DNA from: Candidatus Saccharimonadia bacterium
GTDB lineage: Bacteria > Patescibacteriota > Saccharimonadia > CAILAD01 > BJGX01
Direction of reading: 5' to 3'
NCBI GenBank assembly: GCA_044234435.1
Contig: JBIIIT010000001.1
Span: 1 to 51,262 of the forward strand
DNA: 51,262 bases
Shown piece after piece: positions 16,759 to 25,042 of the stretch (positions are counted from its first letter, which is position 1; each line of letters opens with the position of its first letter). A program made the position numbers and the translations under genes. Under the pieces are notes generated by a model, which saw only the letters and a list, made by a program, of their open reading frames with translations, made no database searches and was not told the DNA's origin.

Positions 16759-18940
16759 TATTTTTTTCCTTATTAGATTTTTGTAATTTTGTCTTAGCCG
16801 TATTGTCAATTTTAATCTTATTTTTGATAGGTATTTTAAAGCCAAAGGTACTGCCCTTGCCAGGTTTTGACTCAAATACAATTTTGCCGCCCTGATCCTC
16901 AACAACCCTCTTTACCAAATAAAGCCCAAGCCCTGTTCCGTCAGGCCTTACGTCTCTGGCATTTTCTGCTCTAAACATTTTAGTAAACAATTTAGATTGT
17001 TGATCTTTCGGAACCCCGATACCATTATCCACCACGCTAAAATGAACCTCTTGATTATTAAAAGATAGTAAAACTTGAACTTTGCCACCACCCTTTGGAG
17101 GCTCGCTGTAGTGGATTGCGTTATCAATAAGGTTCATGATAGCCTGACGAGTTTTATTCTCATCTAGTATCATCACTGGAACGTCACTAGATATTTTGCC
17201 TGTTAGGCTTACATTTTTGTTTTTAGCTAGAGTAGTTAACTGATCAATCTCTTGCTGAACTATTTGCTGCAAATTAACTTTTGCAGGGTCAATGTAGAAT
17301 TTGCCGGCTTCCATCCTGCTTACATTCAATAAGTCGTCTATCAGCCTAGCCATTCGATTACTACCATCCAGAGCCAGCTCTATACTTTTTTTCTGGTCCT
17401 TGCTGAGTTTGCCGAAGTCGCCATCGTTTAGCATGCTGACATAGCCTTTTACTGTGGTCAGAGGGGTCCTCAATTGATGACTGGCCATAGATATAAATTC
17501 ATCTTTAGCTTGGTCTAGCTCTTTAAGCTGTGAGTTGGCATTTTGTAGGTTTTTAGTTGCTCGATCCACTCTCTCTTGTAAAGTTACATTAAACTTTTTG
17601 ATTTCTAAAAATGCCTTGGCATTTTCAAGAGCAACGCTTAATTCATTAGCAATTATTCTTAAAGTTCTGATATCTTCATCATTAAAAACCTGCCCGGATT
17701 CCTTCTCGCCAATTACTAAATATCCAATAAAATTATTGGCGGTTTTTAAAGGTATGCTTAAAGAAGCATTAAGATTTTTCATCAATGCCGTTTTGTTTTC
17801 GGTTAAGCCTTGGTCCACAACCAGAATTTTATTGCCGAGGTTTTTTATAATTTCTTCGGTTATGACATTCTTTTGAGAATGATAGATAATTTTCTTTTCA
17901 TCTAAGACTATTATTTCGACATTTGATAAATTTAATTCTCTCTCAATTCCAGCTGAAACTTTTTTACAAAGTTGAGAAATTCTTATTTCAGATGCAACAA
18001 TTCTTCCGATATCATTTACTACTACTTGAGCATCATATCTGTCTCTGTAGAATAACTTATTGCTTATGCGCTCAAAGAATCGTCTGATTGGTTGAAATGT
18101 AAAAGCCAGAGCAACGGCCAGTGCTGTGTTGAATATTTGCTGAGACATAGAAATTTGCTGATAGCTTGTAGAGAATAAGTACCTCCCCACTACACCAAAC
18201 GCTAAAAACCCATACACAATAGCAATAGTAATTATTGTAAATACATAAGCAAAAGACCTAACAACGACTGCCCTAATATCAAATAGGCTATGCCTGATAA
18301 TTGCGTATGAAGTCGAGCCTACAAATATTAAACTAAATAGTGTTCCGTAAATTGCGTAATTATTTGATCCTAGCACCAAAGGTAAAAATAAATTGGTAAT
18401 TGATGCCAGCAAAGTCATTGCCAATATTCCGAAAATTAAAAATCCGAGCCTTAACCTGTCATTATGTGAGCTTTTCTTCCAGGACAAAATAATTACAATA
18501 ATGGAAAATATAACCGAAATTATGAAGTATACCAAAAATATATTATATAAAGGGCCAGTATTCACATTAGAAACACGATTAATTATATCTACTGATGGTA
18601 TAAAGTAATTTGTTAAAGACAATATAGCTACAAATAAAGCATTCAATAAGATAATTGGGCCAACTATTTTTGACTTTATAACTCTAGAAGGAAAATTATT
18701 TAAAAATACTACTAAAAACGCTAGTGAAAAGGCAATCGCGAAAAACGAAAGCCTAGTCCATATTAAAGTGTTTGTAAGCTGGTAGTCGGCAAGATAGTTG
18801 AATGCTGTCCAGGAGGAGAGGCCAAAGCACATTAATGCAAAAGCTCTATTTGATAGCATTTTAGGATTATTAATATATACAAAAACTCCAAGAATAATAT
18901 TGGCTATAAAAACAAAAGCCGTGCTTGTAAGCAAAAGCAT
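16748..18940 (-). CDS. sensor histidine kinase with a large polytopic N-terminal membrane domain and a GAF-like middle region
   Basis: Roughly 7-8 hydrophobic helices in the first 300 aa. H-box MASHQLRTPLT, with N and G boxes NLIDNAIHYS, DNGIGVP and GTGLGLYLV. Confidence 0.85.
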   Translation of the reverse strand: MLLLTSTAFVFIANIILGVFVYINNPKMLSNRAFALMCFGLSSWTAFNYLADYQLTNTLIWTRLSFFAIAFSLAFLVVFLNNFPSRVIKSKIVGPIILLNALFVAILSLTNYFIPSVDIINRVSNVNTGPLYNIFLVYFIISVIFSIIVIILSWKKSSHNDRLRLGFLIFGILAMTLLASITNLFLPLVLGSNNYAIYGTLFSLIFVGSTSYAIIRHSLFDIRAVVVRSFAYVFTIITIAIVYGFLAFGVVGRYLFSTSYQQISMSQQIFNTALAVALAFTFQPIRRFFERISNKLFYRDRYDAQVVVNDIGRIVASEIRISQLCKKVSAGIERELNLSNVEIIVLDEKKIIYHSQKNVITEEIIKNLGNKILVVDQGLTENKTALMKNLNASLSIPLKTANNFIGYLVIGEKESGQVFNDEDIRTLRIIANELSVALENAKAFLEIKKFNVTLQERVDRATKNLQNANSQLKELDQAKDEFISMASHQLRTPLTTVKGYVSMLNDGDFGKLSKDQKKSIELALDGSNRMARLIDDLLNVSRMEAGKFYIDPAKVNLQQIVQQEIDQLTTLAKNKNVSLTGKISSDVPVMILDENKTRQAIMNLIDNAIHYSEPPKGGGKVQVLLSFNNQEVHFSVVDNGIGVPKDQQSKLFTKMFRAENARDVRPDGTGLGLYLVKRVVEDQGGKIVFESKPGKGSTFGFKIPIKNKIKIDNTAKTKLQKSNKEKNNEN

Positions 18941-18997
18941 ATTACTATCTTATCAAAAAAAGGGCCTCATCGGGAGATTTCTCTCCTAATGAAGCCC

Positions 18998-20020
18998 TCA
19001 AAATGCATTACTGTCATAACTGACGCTAAATATAACATTTACACCATTGTCAGAACCACCATAGACTCTAGAAACTTTACTGGCTTTTCCTCCACATTGG
19101 TGCACCTCAGACAGCAACACTTCTTTGGATGGAAAGTCAAAAGGCCCTGCCTTTGCGAGCTCAGAGATAAAGTAGTCAATAATTACCACTCCAAAGAGCC
19201 TCAGAGACATTAGCTGAAGCCAAGACGCATTGCGCAAATGTTCTTGGATGATAGGCCTTGATCCACCTTCGGTCGAAGTAGTCACAACGACTACCCCCTC
19301 TGGTTTAATAAGCCTAAGGCACTCCTGCCAGATTTCAATCCTGTCTTGTGCGGCATAGAGAAAGTTAACCATACTAATTTTATCAAAACTAGCACTCGGC
19401 AAACTCTTCATGTAGTCTAGCGCATCAGAATAAACAACTTCTGCAGAGTCTGATTTGATAAAACTTTGGAGCTTCTTTTTGGCTTGGCGTATCATCGACT
19501 TGGAGCTATCGACACCAACGACATCTACTTTTGCCATTTCCAAAGTGGCTAGCATCACATTGCCAGTACCACAGCCCACTTCAAGAATTTTTTCTCCATC
19601 TTTTACCTGCATTAAATCAACAACATGATTGATAAGATTTCGGTAAGGATAGAAATTCAAAAGGCCGTCATACATATATCCATAAACCCACCAAAGGGCC
19701 TTTGTTAGCCTATCTGCTTTCAAGAAGCGCAGAGTTCCCATCGCAAGCATTAACACAACCCACCAGAATATTAGTTTGGTGACGGTTGTTGGAAGAGTTT
19801 TACGAAAGAGCAAAAATGGCAGATATGGAGCAAGTAGAATAATTCGATATTCTACAAATTGCCACCAAAAGCGCCAACTAAAAACACCATGGCGCCTCGT
19901 TGCGTTTGCAACCACAAGATCAGCGAGTTTTTTCCAGGCCAATTTGAAAGTTGCAATATACAAAACTACAAACATCACCCAGGGGGTGAATGACTGCCAA
20001 TTTTCTTTGAGCCAGGCCAT
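18998..20020 (-). CDS. class I SAM-dependent methyltransferase with a hydrophobic N-terminal membrane region
   Basis: SAM motif I ILEVGCGTGN, preceded by about 110 aa of Trp/Phe/Leu-rich putative TM segments. Confidence 0.7.
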   Translation of the reverse strand: MAWLKENWQSFTPWVMFVVLYIATFKLAWKKLADLVVANATRRHGVFSWRFWWQFVEYRIILLAPYLPFLLFRKTLPTTVTKLIFWWVVLMLAMGTLRFLKADRLTKALWWVYGYMYDGLLNFYPYRNLINHVVDLMQVKDGEKILEVGCGTGNVMLATLEMAKVDVVGVDSSKSMIRQAKKKLQSFIKSDSAEVVYSDALDYMKSLPSASFDKISMVNFLYAAQDRIEIWQECLRLIKPEGVVVVTTSTEGGSRPIIQEHLRNASWLQLMSLRLFGVVIIDYFISELAKAGPFDFPSKEVLLSEVHQCGGKASKVSRVYGGSDNGVNVIFSVSYDSNAF

Positions 20021-20032
20021 TGCTTCCCCTTT

Positions 20033-20656
20033 CTAGAGTAGGATTTTGTCAGCAAAAGGTAGCCTAAAAAGTTCTGTAATGCCGAAGAGGTTTGCGGTTT
20101 CGCTCTCTTCAAGTGCCGGCATAACATCGTTAATAGCACAAACGCAGGGAATTGTTATTCCCATATGTTCTTTTGGCTCACCGATTTGCCTAAAAGGAAA
20201 ACCAAGCCAAGTAACAGTTCTGTAGAATTCTTCATCTACGATTGCAAAGACAGTATCGATATTGTGAGTATCGACTATATGAAATAGCACACGATACATG
20301 CCGATACTAATCTTACCTTCACGAAAATTTTTTCGAACACAAAGCCGTGAAATCTCGGCCGAATTGCCATAAGGCGAGATATCTACGTTGTGATGGTTTG
20401 AATCTTCTATTGGCAAAATACCTTTACTACCAAGTACAAGACGGGTAGTTCCAATTGCATTCAATGAAGCCGATGAAGTAGCAATTACTGAAATTGCGTA
20501 GTCATCATAGCTGTCATACTCTCGTTTTTCAGGGAAATCAGCTGGGTCAATGTATCCCATTTCAGAATAAACATCGAATCGACACTCCTGTATCAATTCA
20601 ATATCTGAGCTGTTTGCAACCCTGATGGTGACGAGAGGCGAAGGAATGCTGGGCAC
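20033..20656 (-). CDS. GNAT-fold N-acyl amino acid synthase-like protein (FeeM / OlsB / LuxI-related family)
   Basis: GTG start with AGGAGG 6 nt upstream. The pattern R.DVY.EMGYI....E.E.D.YDDYA..V.A......IGTTRLV ... AEISRLCVR ... FAIVDEEFYR..TWLGFPF resembles the FeeM-type family, as I remember it. Confidence 0.5.
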   Translation of the reverse strand: MPSIPSPLVTIRVANSSDIELIQECRFDVYSEMGYIDPADFPEKREYDSYDDYAISVIATSSASLNAIGTTRLVLGSKGILPIEDSNHHNVDISPYGNSAEISRLCVRKNFREGKISIGMYRVLFHIVDTHNIDTVFAIVDEEFYRTVTWLGFPFRQIGEPKEHMGITIPCVCAINDVMPALEESETANLFGITELFRLPFADKILL

Positions 20657-20747
20657 CTTTTACCTCCTGGTTTTGAATGTTCACCCCAGAGTTACTGAGA
20701 CTACGTTCATTTTAGAGCAATCATAGCTTTTTACAAGAAGTAGCTAA

Positions 20748-20972
20748 CTAGTCTTTATGCTTAGTTGCTGGCAATTTGGGCTGCTTTGAAAAGTAAAAAA
20801 TGTAAAATATCTCTAATATTCCGGCAGTGTTTACGATAATAAAGATTAAAAACCAAACTTTTTGATCTTTTTTGGCCGCAATCCATAAAGCCCAAGCCTT
20901 CCATGCAGTACTCCATATAAAAAGTAAAATTAGCCACCAAATGTTGTTTTGTACAATTAAGTTTAAATCCAT
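20748..20972 (-). CDS. small two-TM membrane protein, function unknown
   Basis: 74-aa ORF with two Trp-rich hydrophobic helices. Confidence 0.5.
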   Translation of the reverse strand: MDLNLIVQNNIWWLILLFIWSTAWKAWALWIAAKKDQKVWFLIFIIVNTAGILEIFYIFYFSKQPKLPATKHKD

Positions 20973-21010
20973 ATCTTATTTATACTCCTAATAATATTTT
21001 TTGTATATAA

Positions 21011-21619
21011 TTAGCTATTTTGTTCAGGTTTTGCTATGACCACCACCCTACCATCAGCAGCACCACCGAGCGTGCATGTATAGATAGTAAGCTGGGGCTC
21101 ATTGGTCTGATCCTCAATCTCTATAGCATTTGGCTTCACGGTTTTGAGCTTAGAAATTTTATATTTATACTGTTTGCCCTCCCAGTTTATAACTACCTCA
21201 TCGCCAACTTTAGAATTTTTTAAATCATAGAAGATTGATTTTTTCTTAACCTCATCAGGCCTGTAGCCCCAAACGAAACTATGGCCTGTTATTATCATAT
21301 TTCCGCCCTTTATTGGATTCCCTTGGTCAGGAATTCTATGCCATGCAAATCCCTTATCGAGAATATTTATATCGCCCTGTTCAATGCCAGCCTGAATTCC
21401 GACTTTGGGTATGAAAATAGTATTCTTATCTGCTTTTGGCTTCTCTGATACTGCCTTTTGAATAACTTGAGTGGGCTTTTTAGCAAGCCTAGGGGATATC
21501 AATAAATAGGCTATGTACAAACCAATAATCAATAATATTATCCCAATAATAATCAACAAACCTTTACCCTGCTTTTTTCTGGGTTTCATTGATGGTGCTT
21601 GGTAACTTGTATATTGCAT
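21011..21619 (-). CDS. sortase family transpeptidase
   Basis: N-terminal TM anchor, catalytic His (IITGHSF), the TLxTC-type motif (QLTIYTCT) and a downstream Arg (DGRVVVI). Confidence 0.8.
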   Translation of the reverse strand: MQYTSYQAPSMKPRKKQGKGLLIIIGIILLIIGLYIAYLLISPRLAKKPTQVIQKAVSEKPKADKNTIFIPKVGIQAGIEQGDINILDKGFAWHRIPDQGNPIKGGNMIITGHSFVWGYRPDEVKKKSIFYDLKNSKVGDEVVINWEGKQYKYKISKLKTVKPNAIEIEDQTNEPQLTIYTCTLGGAADGRVVVIAKPEQNS

Positions 21620-21647
21620 AAGCTTTAATTATATCTCATATGAAACT

Positions 21648-21683
21648 TTAACAAAAATAAAAAATCGAGAATTATCTCGATTT
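21648..21683 (-). terminator. rho-independent terminator after the tRNA cluster
   Basis: Stem ATCGAGA/TCTCGAT (21664-21670 / 21675-21681). On the minus strand it is followed by TTTTTTATTTTT. Confidence 0.6.
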
Positions 21684-21690
21684 CTTATTA

Positions 21691-21767
21691 TGGTCGGGGT
21701 GAAAGGACTCGAACCTTCGACCTCAGCGTCCCAAACGCCGCGCGCTAGCCAACTGCGCCACACCCCG
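21691..21767 (-). tRNA. tRNA-Pro (anticodon UGG), CCA encoded
   Basis: The reverse complement folds as CGGGGTG...CACCCCG-A-CCA, with anticodon loop TTTGGGA. Confidence 0.9.
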
Positions 21768-21784
21768 CTATATCTATATTAACA

Positions 21785-21861
21785 TGGAGGGCCATCTGGG
21801 ATTCGAACCCAGGACACTCTGCTTAAGAGGCAGATGCTCTAACCAACTGAGCTAATGGCCC
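21785..21861 (-). tRNA. tRNA-Lys (anticodon CUU), CCA encoded
   Basis: The reverse complement is GGGCCAT...ATGGCCC-T-CCA, with anticodon stem TCTGC/GCAGA and loop CTCTTAA. Confidence 0.9.
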
Positions 21862-21872
21862 GCTTTTTAAAA

Positions 21873-21949
21873 TGGTACGCCCTGAGAGATTCGAACTCCC
21901 GACCTTCTGGTCCGAAGCCAGACGCTCTATCCAGCTGAGCTAAGGGCGC
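21873..21949 (-). tRNA. tRNA-Arg (anticodon UCG), CCA encoded
   Basis: The reverse complement is GCGCCCT...AGGGCGT-A-CCA, with anticodon stem TCTGG/CCAGA and loop CTTCGGA. Confidence 0.9.
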
Positions 21950-22005
21950 TAAAACTAAGTTATTTTAACATATTTTAAGATATATTTCTAGGTTATAACC
22001 AAACC

Positions 22006-22030
22006 AAAAAGGAGCCTATGGCTCCTTTTT
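22006..22030. terminator. symmetric (bidirectional) hairpin terminator downstream of the PLDc_N-like gene
   Basis: AAAAAGGAGCC-TAT-GGCTCCTTTTT, with a perfect 6-bp GC-rich core and A/T runs on both sides. Confidence 0.65.
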
Positions 22031-22044
22031 GAAATAGTATATTT

Positions 22045-22461
22045 TTACTTTTGGGAAGGTGGAGCTTGAGGTGTCTGAGATGGTGGCATGTTTTCAGGGC
22101 CTTTGGGCTGCTTATCTAGAGATCTTTTTACAACAAAGTAATAGATGATTGCTCCCAAGTATCCAAAAAGAATAACTACAACTATCCATATTACTTTATC
22201 ATTTTCTTGTTTCCAATTATTTCTTTTAAAAATATCTACCAACATAAATATCCAAAAAATAAAAAGAGCTAGACCCAATACTGCAAGAACTAATAAGAAA
22301 ATCAAAGCTGCTCCGGTTATAGCTCCTGCCGTAGTTACATCTGTCTGGTTGTATACTGCGTTAGCTTGTAAATCCGAAAAAGAATCTTGAGCCCTTGCAG
22401 CTAATGGTGCAAAAGATGCCAAAGCTCCTGCAGCAGCACCGTATTTTAATAATTTGTTCAT
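22045..22461 (-). CDS. membrane protein with a PLDc_N-like (cardiolipin synthase N-terminal-like) two-helix module
   Basis: Signal peptide, then FWIFMLVDIFKRNNW...VIWIVVVILFGYLGAIIYYFVVKR. It is a paralogue of the next gene. Confidence 0.6.
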   Translation of the reverse strand: MNKLLKYGAAAGALASFAPLAARAQDSFSDLQANAVYNQTDVTTAGAITGAALIFLLVLAVLGLALFIFWIFMLVDIFKRNNWKQENDKVIWIVVVILFGYLGAIIYYFVVKRSLDKQPKGPENMPPSQTPQAPPSQK

Positions 22462-22526
22462 AATTTCCTCCTTAATTTATTACTTGTTTTAAGTATAGTA
22501 CTTATACTCTCAATTGCAATAAGGGA

Positions 22527-22892
22527 CTATTTTTTAATCTTTTTGGCAGATTTACTATCTAGCTGTCTTTTAACGACAAAGTAATATATTAATGCCCCGA
22601 TAATATTTAAAAATATTACTAACACCAAATATGCTGCTCTATCGCCATCGTTTTTCCACTCTCGCTTTGCAATATCTATTACCATCACTAGCCAAAAAAC
22701 CCAAAGAGCAAAAATTGCCAACCAAAAAACCATCATTAGCAAAAATAAGAATATAGCAAAACCGGCGAGTGCCCCACCGGCAGATGCCGCACCACCATCT
22801 TCATACATACCCCTTGCATAAGCAGTCATTGGCAATAAAGACATCGATGCAACTGATACTATTCCCAAATAAAATTTTGATTTGATATTCAT
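22527..22892 (-). CDS. membrane protein with a PLDc_N-like two-helix module (tandem paralogue)
   Basis: Signal peptide, then WVFWLVMVIDIAKREW...AAYLVLVIFLNIIGALIYYFVVKR. The architecture matches 22045-22461. Confidence 0.6.
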   Translation of the reverse strand: MNIKSKFYLGIVSVASMSLLPMTAYARGMYEDGGAASAGGALAGFAIFLFLLMMVFWLAIFALWVFWLVMVIDIAKREWKNDGDRAAYLVLVIFLNIIGALIYYFVVKRQLDSKSAKKIKK

Positions 22893-23115
22893 ATTTATCT
22901 CCTTAATGTTTATTAATATCTTATATTATACTACCCTAAGCATACTCTAAAGATTTTATATATATTTTATTGCGCTACTGAGCAAATTAGTATATAATTT
23001 TGGAGTTAGGCGATTATTATTTAGCCCTTGTACCTTTTATTTCTTTTCATATCCCAAATTGATTTATTTCAATTTGATCCAGAAAGCTGGCGCACTTTGT
23101 GCGTCCTTTCTGTAT

Positions 23116-23190
23116 GCGGGTATCGTATAATGATTATTACTCCTGCCTTCCAAGCAGGTGATGCGGGTTTGATTCCCGCTACCCGCTCCA
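23116..23190 (+). tRNA. tRNA-Gly (anticodon UCC), CCA encoded, with atypical D and T loops
   Basis: Perfect acceptor (GCGGGTA/TACCCGC), anticodon (CCTGC/GCAGG, loop CTTCCAA) and T stems (GCGGG/CCCGC). The D loop AATGATT lacks GG, and the T loop is TTTGATT rather than TTCGAAT. Confidence 0.8.
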
Positions 23191-23257
23191 TAAGAATTAA
23201 ATCCCGCCTGCCGGGATTAATTTATTTAATAAGGCAAGCTATAATAGTTAGTTGTTA

Positions 23258-23334
23258 GCCCCCGTAGCTCAGCTGGATAGAGCAACAGTTTTCTAAACTG
23301 TGGGTCGTAGGTTCGAATCCTGCCGGGGGTACCA
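23258..23334 (+). tRNA. tRNA-Arg (anticodon UCU), CCA encoded
   Basis: GCCCCCG...CGGGGGT-A-CCA, with anticodon stem ACAGT/ACTGT and loop TTTCTAA. Confidence 0.9.
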
Positions 23335-23470
23335 TTAAATAAATATGTTTTTCTTAAGCGGTTTATGAAACCAAGCCTAGCTGTTTCGTAAATCGAGAGG
23401 AAAAATAATATGAAGCCTCAATAAATAATTTAAATAATTATTTATTTAAAACGAAATATTATTTCGACGA

Positions 23471-23548
23471 GGCGGGTGTAGCTCAGTTGGTTAGAGCGTC
23501 AGATTGTGGCTCTGAAGGCCGTGGGTTCGAAACCCATCACTCGCCCCA
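23471..23548 (+). tRNA. tRNA-His (anticodon GUG) with genome-encoded G-1 and CCA
   Basis: G-1 followed by GCGGGTG...CACTCGC-C-CCA, with anticodon stem TCAGA/TCTGA and loop TTGTGGC. Confidence 0.9.
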
Positions 23549-23550
23549 TT

Positions 23551-23582
23551 AAAAAAAGACCGAGGTTATCGGTCTTTTTTAA
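23551..23582. terminator. bidirectional hairpin terminator between tRNA-His and the convergent GGCT gene
   Basis: AAAAAAAGACCGA-GGTTA-TCGGTCTTTTTT. The hairpin contains the stop codon of the minus-strand ORF (23566-23568). Confidence 0.7.
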
Positions 23583-24015
23583 TTGCCTTAATATTATCTA
23601 TATATAACTTTGGCAAGCCTGCCTTCTGAGCACTTTCTATTACTTTGTTATGATATTTATCACTGGGATAATTAAATTTATTATCATCTATAAGAGTATA
23701 AATCACTGCTTGATGAAGTTCATTTTTATGGTCTATTACTTCAACAGATTTGCGTTCTCTTCTTTTGGGCACATGTTCAAAACCATCTAGACTAGACAGG
23801 CATCGATCGGTAACTTCATACAATAAACCCCACACTTCGGAGCCCTCTTCCTCTATGATATTAGCCGTACCTTTATTGTCCCAATTAGGAGAGCTGCCAG
23901 AATACATAAATTTATGTCCATTTAGCCTTGCAGGCCCTAGAGGCTTAGATTTTACGCATCCCCTGCTCTTCATTTGCTCTACCGACATATTGGAACCATA
24001 AGCAAAGTATTTCAT
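23566..24015 (-). CDS. gamma-glutamylcyclotransferase / AIG2-like family protein
   Basis: Canonical N-terminal YFAYGSNM motif, then VWGLLYEV and LDGFEHV (catalytic Glu context). 149 aa. Confidence 0.75.
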   Translation of the reverse strand: MKYFAYGSNMSVEQMKSRGCVKSKPLGPARLNGHKFMYSGSSPNWDNKGTANIIEEEGSEVWGLLYEVTDRCLSSLDGFEHVPKRRERKSVEVIDHKNELHQAVIYTLIDDNKFNYPSDKYHNKVIESAQKAGLPKLYIDNIKAIKKDR

Positions 24016-25034
24016 TAAAAGCTACTGCTCTCACGAGAGCTATTAACAAGCCACTTTGATTGCGAGCTGTCATATATTACATTTAGCTCGTATCCAACAA
24101 TATACTGGCTTGAGCCATCCCTAAATTTAAATATTACATTTGCCTGAACTTTATATTTTGCTGTTTCTACTTTTTGATTGCTGATTATTCTGAAGCTAGC
24201 TGGATAAGTCGTAGCTCTAGCCTCTGGGGTTAATTGATTGAAGTCATACTCTTTTTGATAGGCCTCTGTCATATATTGACGCATTAATGGTGCGTTTCCT
24301 GCTAAAAATGCATTTAGGAAGTTCCCTGCAGTATTTTCTACGGCTTTTTTGTCACTTGCGTCTTTTGCTGTAGCTTGCTCTTCTGCCAATAGCCTAGCTT
24401 TTGCGCTCAACTCACTTGTCAAAATGACCTTATTTGCTTCAAAAAGCACATCTTGCACTAAAAACGTTGAGGCTGGCAGGTCTTCTTTTAAGTATTTAGT
24501 ATTAGATTTTAATTCTGAAGCTGAGTTTTTAGCTTGTTCTGATTTTGATTTTAAATTATCCCTTGCTGATTCAGAAAATTCTTTAATATTATCAGCATTT
24601 TTTATTGAGTCGTTTATGTAGGACTGATAGTCATTCAAAAAATTATCGTATCTTTTTGCATCAGCTTGTTTGTATTTAAGCTTTTGAGCTGAATACTTCT
24701 TTTCATCCACAAGAATATTGAGTTTTTTTAATTCTGAGCTATATGCGTCAAAAGCTTGCTGATTTTCAACTTTTTCGGCCAGCTGAGAAAGAGTCTTATT
24801 TTTTTCGACAATTGCAAACCACCCGTCTGAAATGGCTTTTTTATTTGCAGACTGAGAACTTAAAAAAATCGCTGCAAAAATTGCTAATCCTATGCCGATT
24901 ATAGATAGTGTAATTGCAAGCCAAAATAAAGGCTTTTTGAAAATAGGCTTCTTTACTTTTTTTTCGGAATTAACTTCACGCACTTGTTCAATTCCACTTT
25001 TTTTGTTTTCTGGTTGTTTCTGCGATTCTTTCAT
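24015..25034 (-). CDS. membrane-anchored coiled-coil protein with an NTF2/SnoaL-like C-terminal region, function unknown
   Basis: Single TM segment (LFWLAITLSIIGIGLAIFAAIFL), a long Lys/Glu/Ser-rich helical region, and a C-terminal beta-rich module. Its stop overlaps the next gene's start (TAATG). Confidence 0.5.
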   Translation of the reverse strand: MKESQKQPENKKSGIEQVREVNSEKKVKKPIFKKPLFWLAITLSIIGIGLAIFAAIFLSSQSANKKAISDGWFAIVEKNKTLSQLAEKVENQQAFDAYSSELKKLNILVDEKKYSAQKLKYKQADAKRYDNFLNDYQSYINDSIKNADNIKEFSESARDNLKSKSEQAKNSASELKSNTKYLKEDLPASTFLVQDVLFEANKVILTSELSAKARLLAEEQATAKDASDKKAVENTAGNFLNAFLAGNAPLMRQYMTEAYQKEYDFNQLTPEARATTYPASFRIISNQKVETAKYKVQANVIFKFRDGSSQYIVGYELNVIYDSSQSKWLVNSSRESSSF

Positions 25035-25042
25035 ATGATTGA

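Noticed and set aside
16759-16905. The 49-codon N-terminal extension of the pgk ORF.
   Set aside because: The extension is Arg/Lys/Leu-rich, overlaps the 3' end of the histidine kinase gene, and precedes a perfect PGK N-terminus that starts at the ATG at 16758.
23028-23258. A 76-aa plus-strand ORF.
   Set aside because: It runs straight through tRNA-Gly(UCC) and its flanking hairpins, so it is an artefact of the ORF scan.
23335-23470. The 136-nt spacer between tRNA-Arg(UCU) and tRNA-His, considered as a possible small RNA.
   Set aside because: It contains only AT-rich palindromes (AAATAAATAATT/AATTATTTATTT and CGAAATA/TATTTCG). It has no conserved-looking GC-paired structure and no recognisable SRP, 6S or tmRNA motifs.
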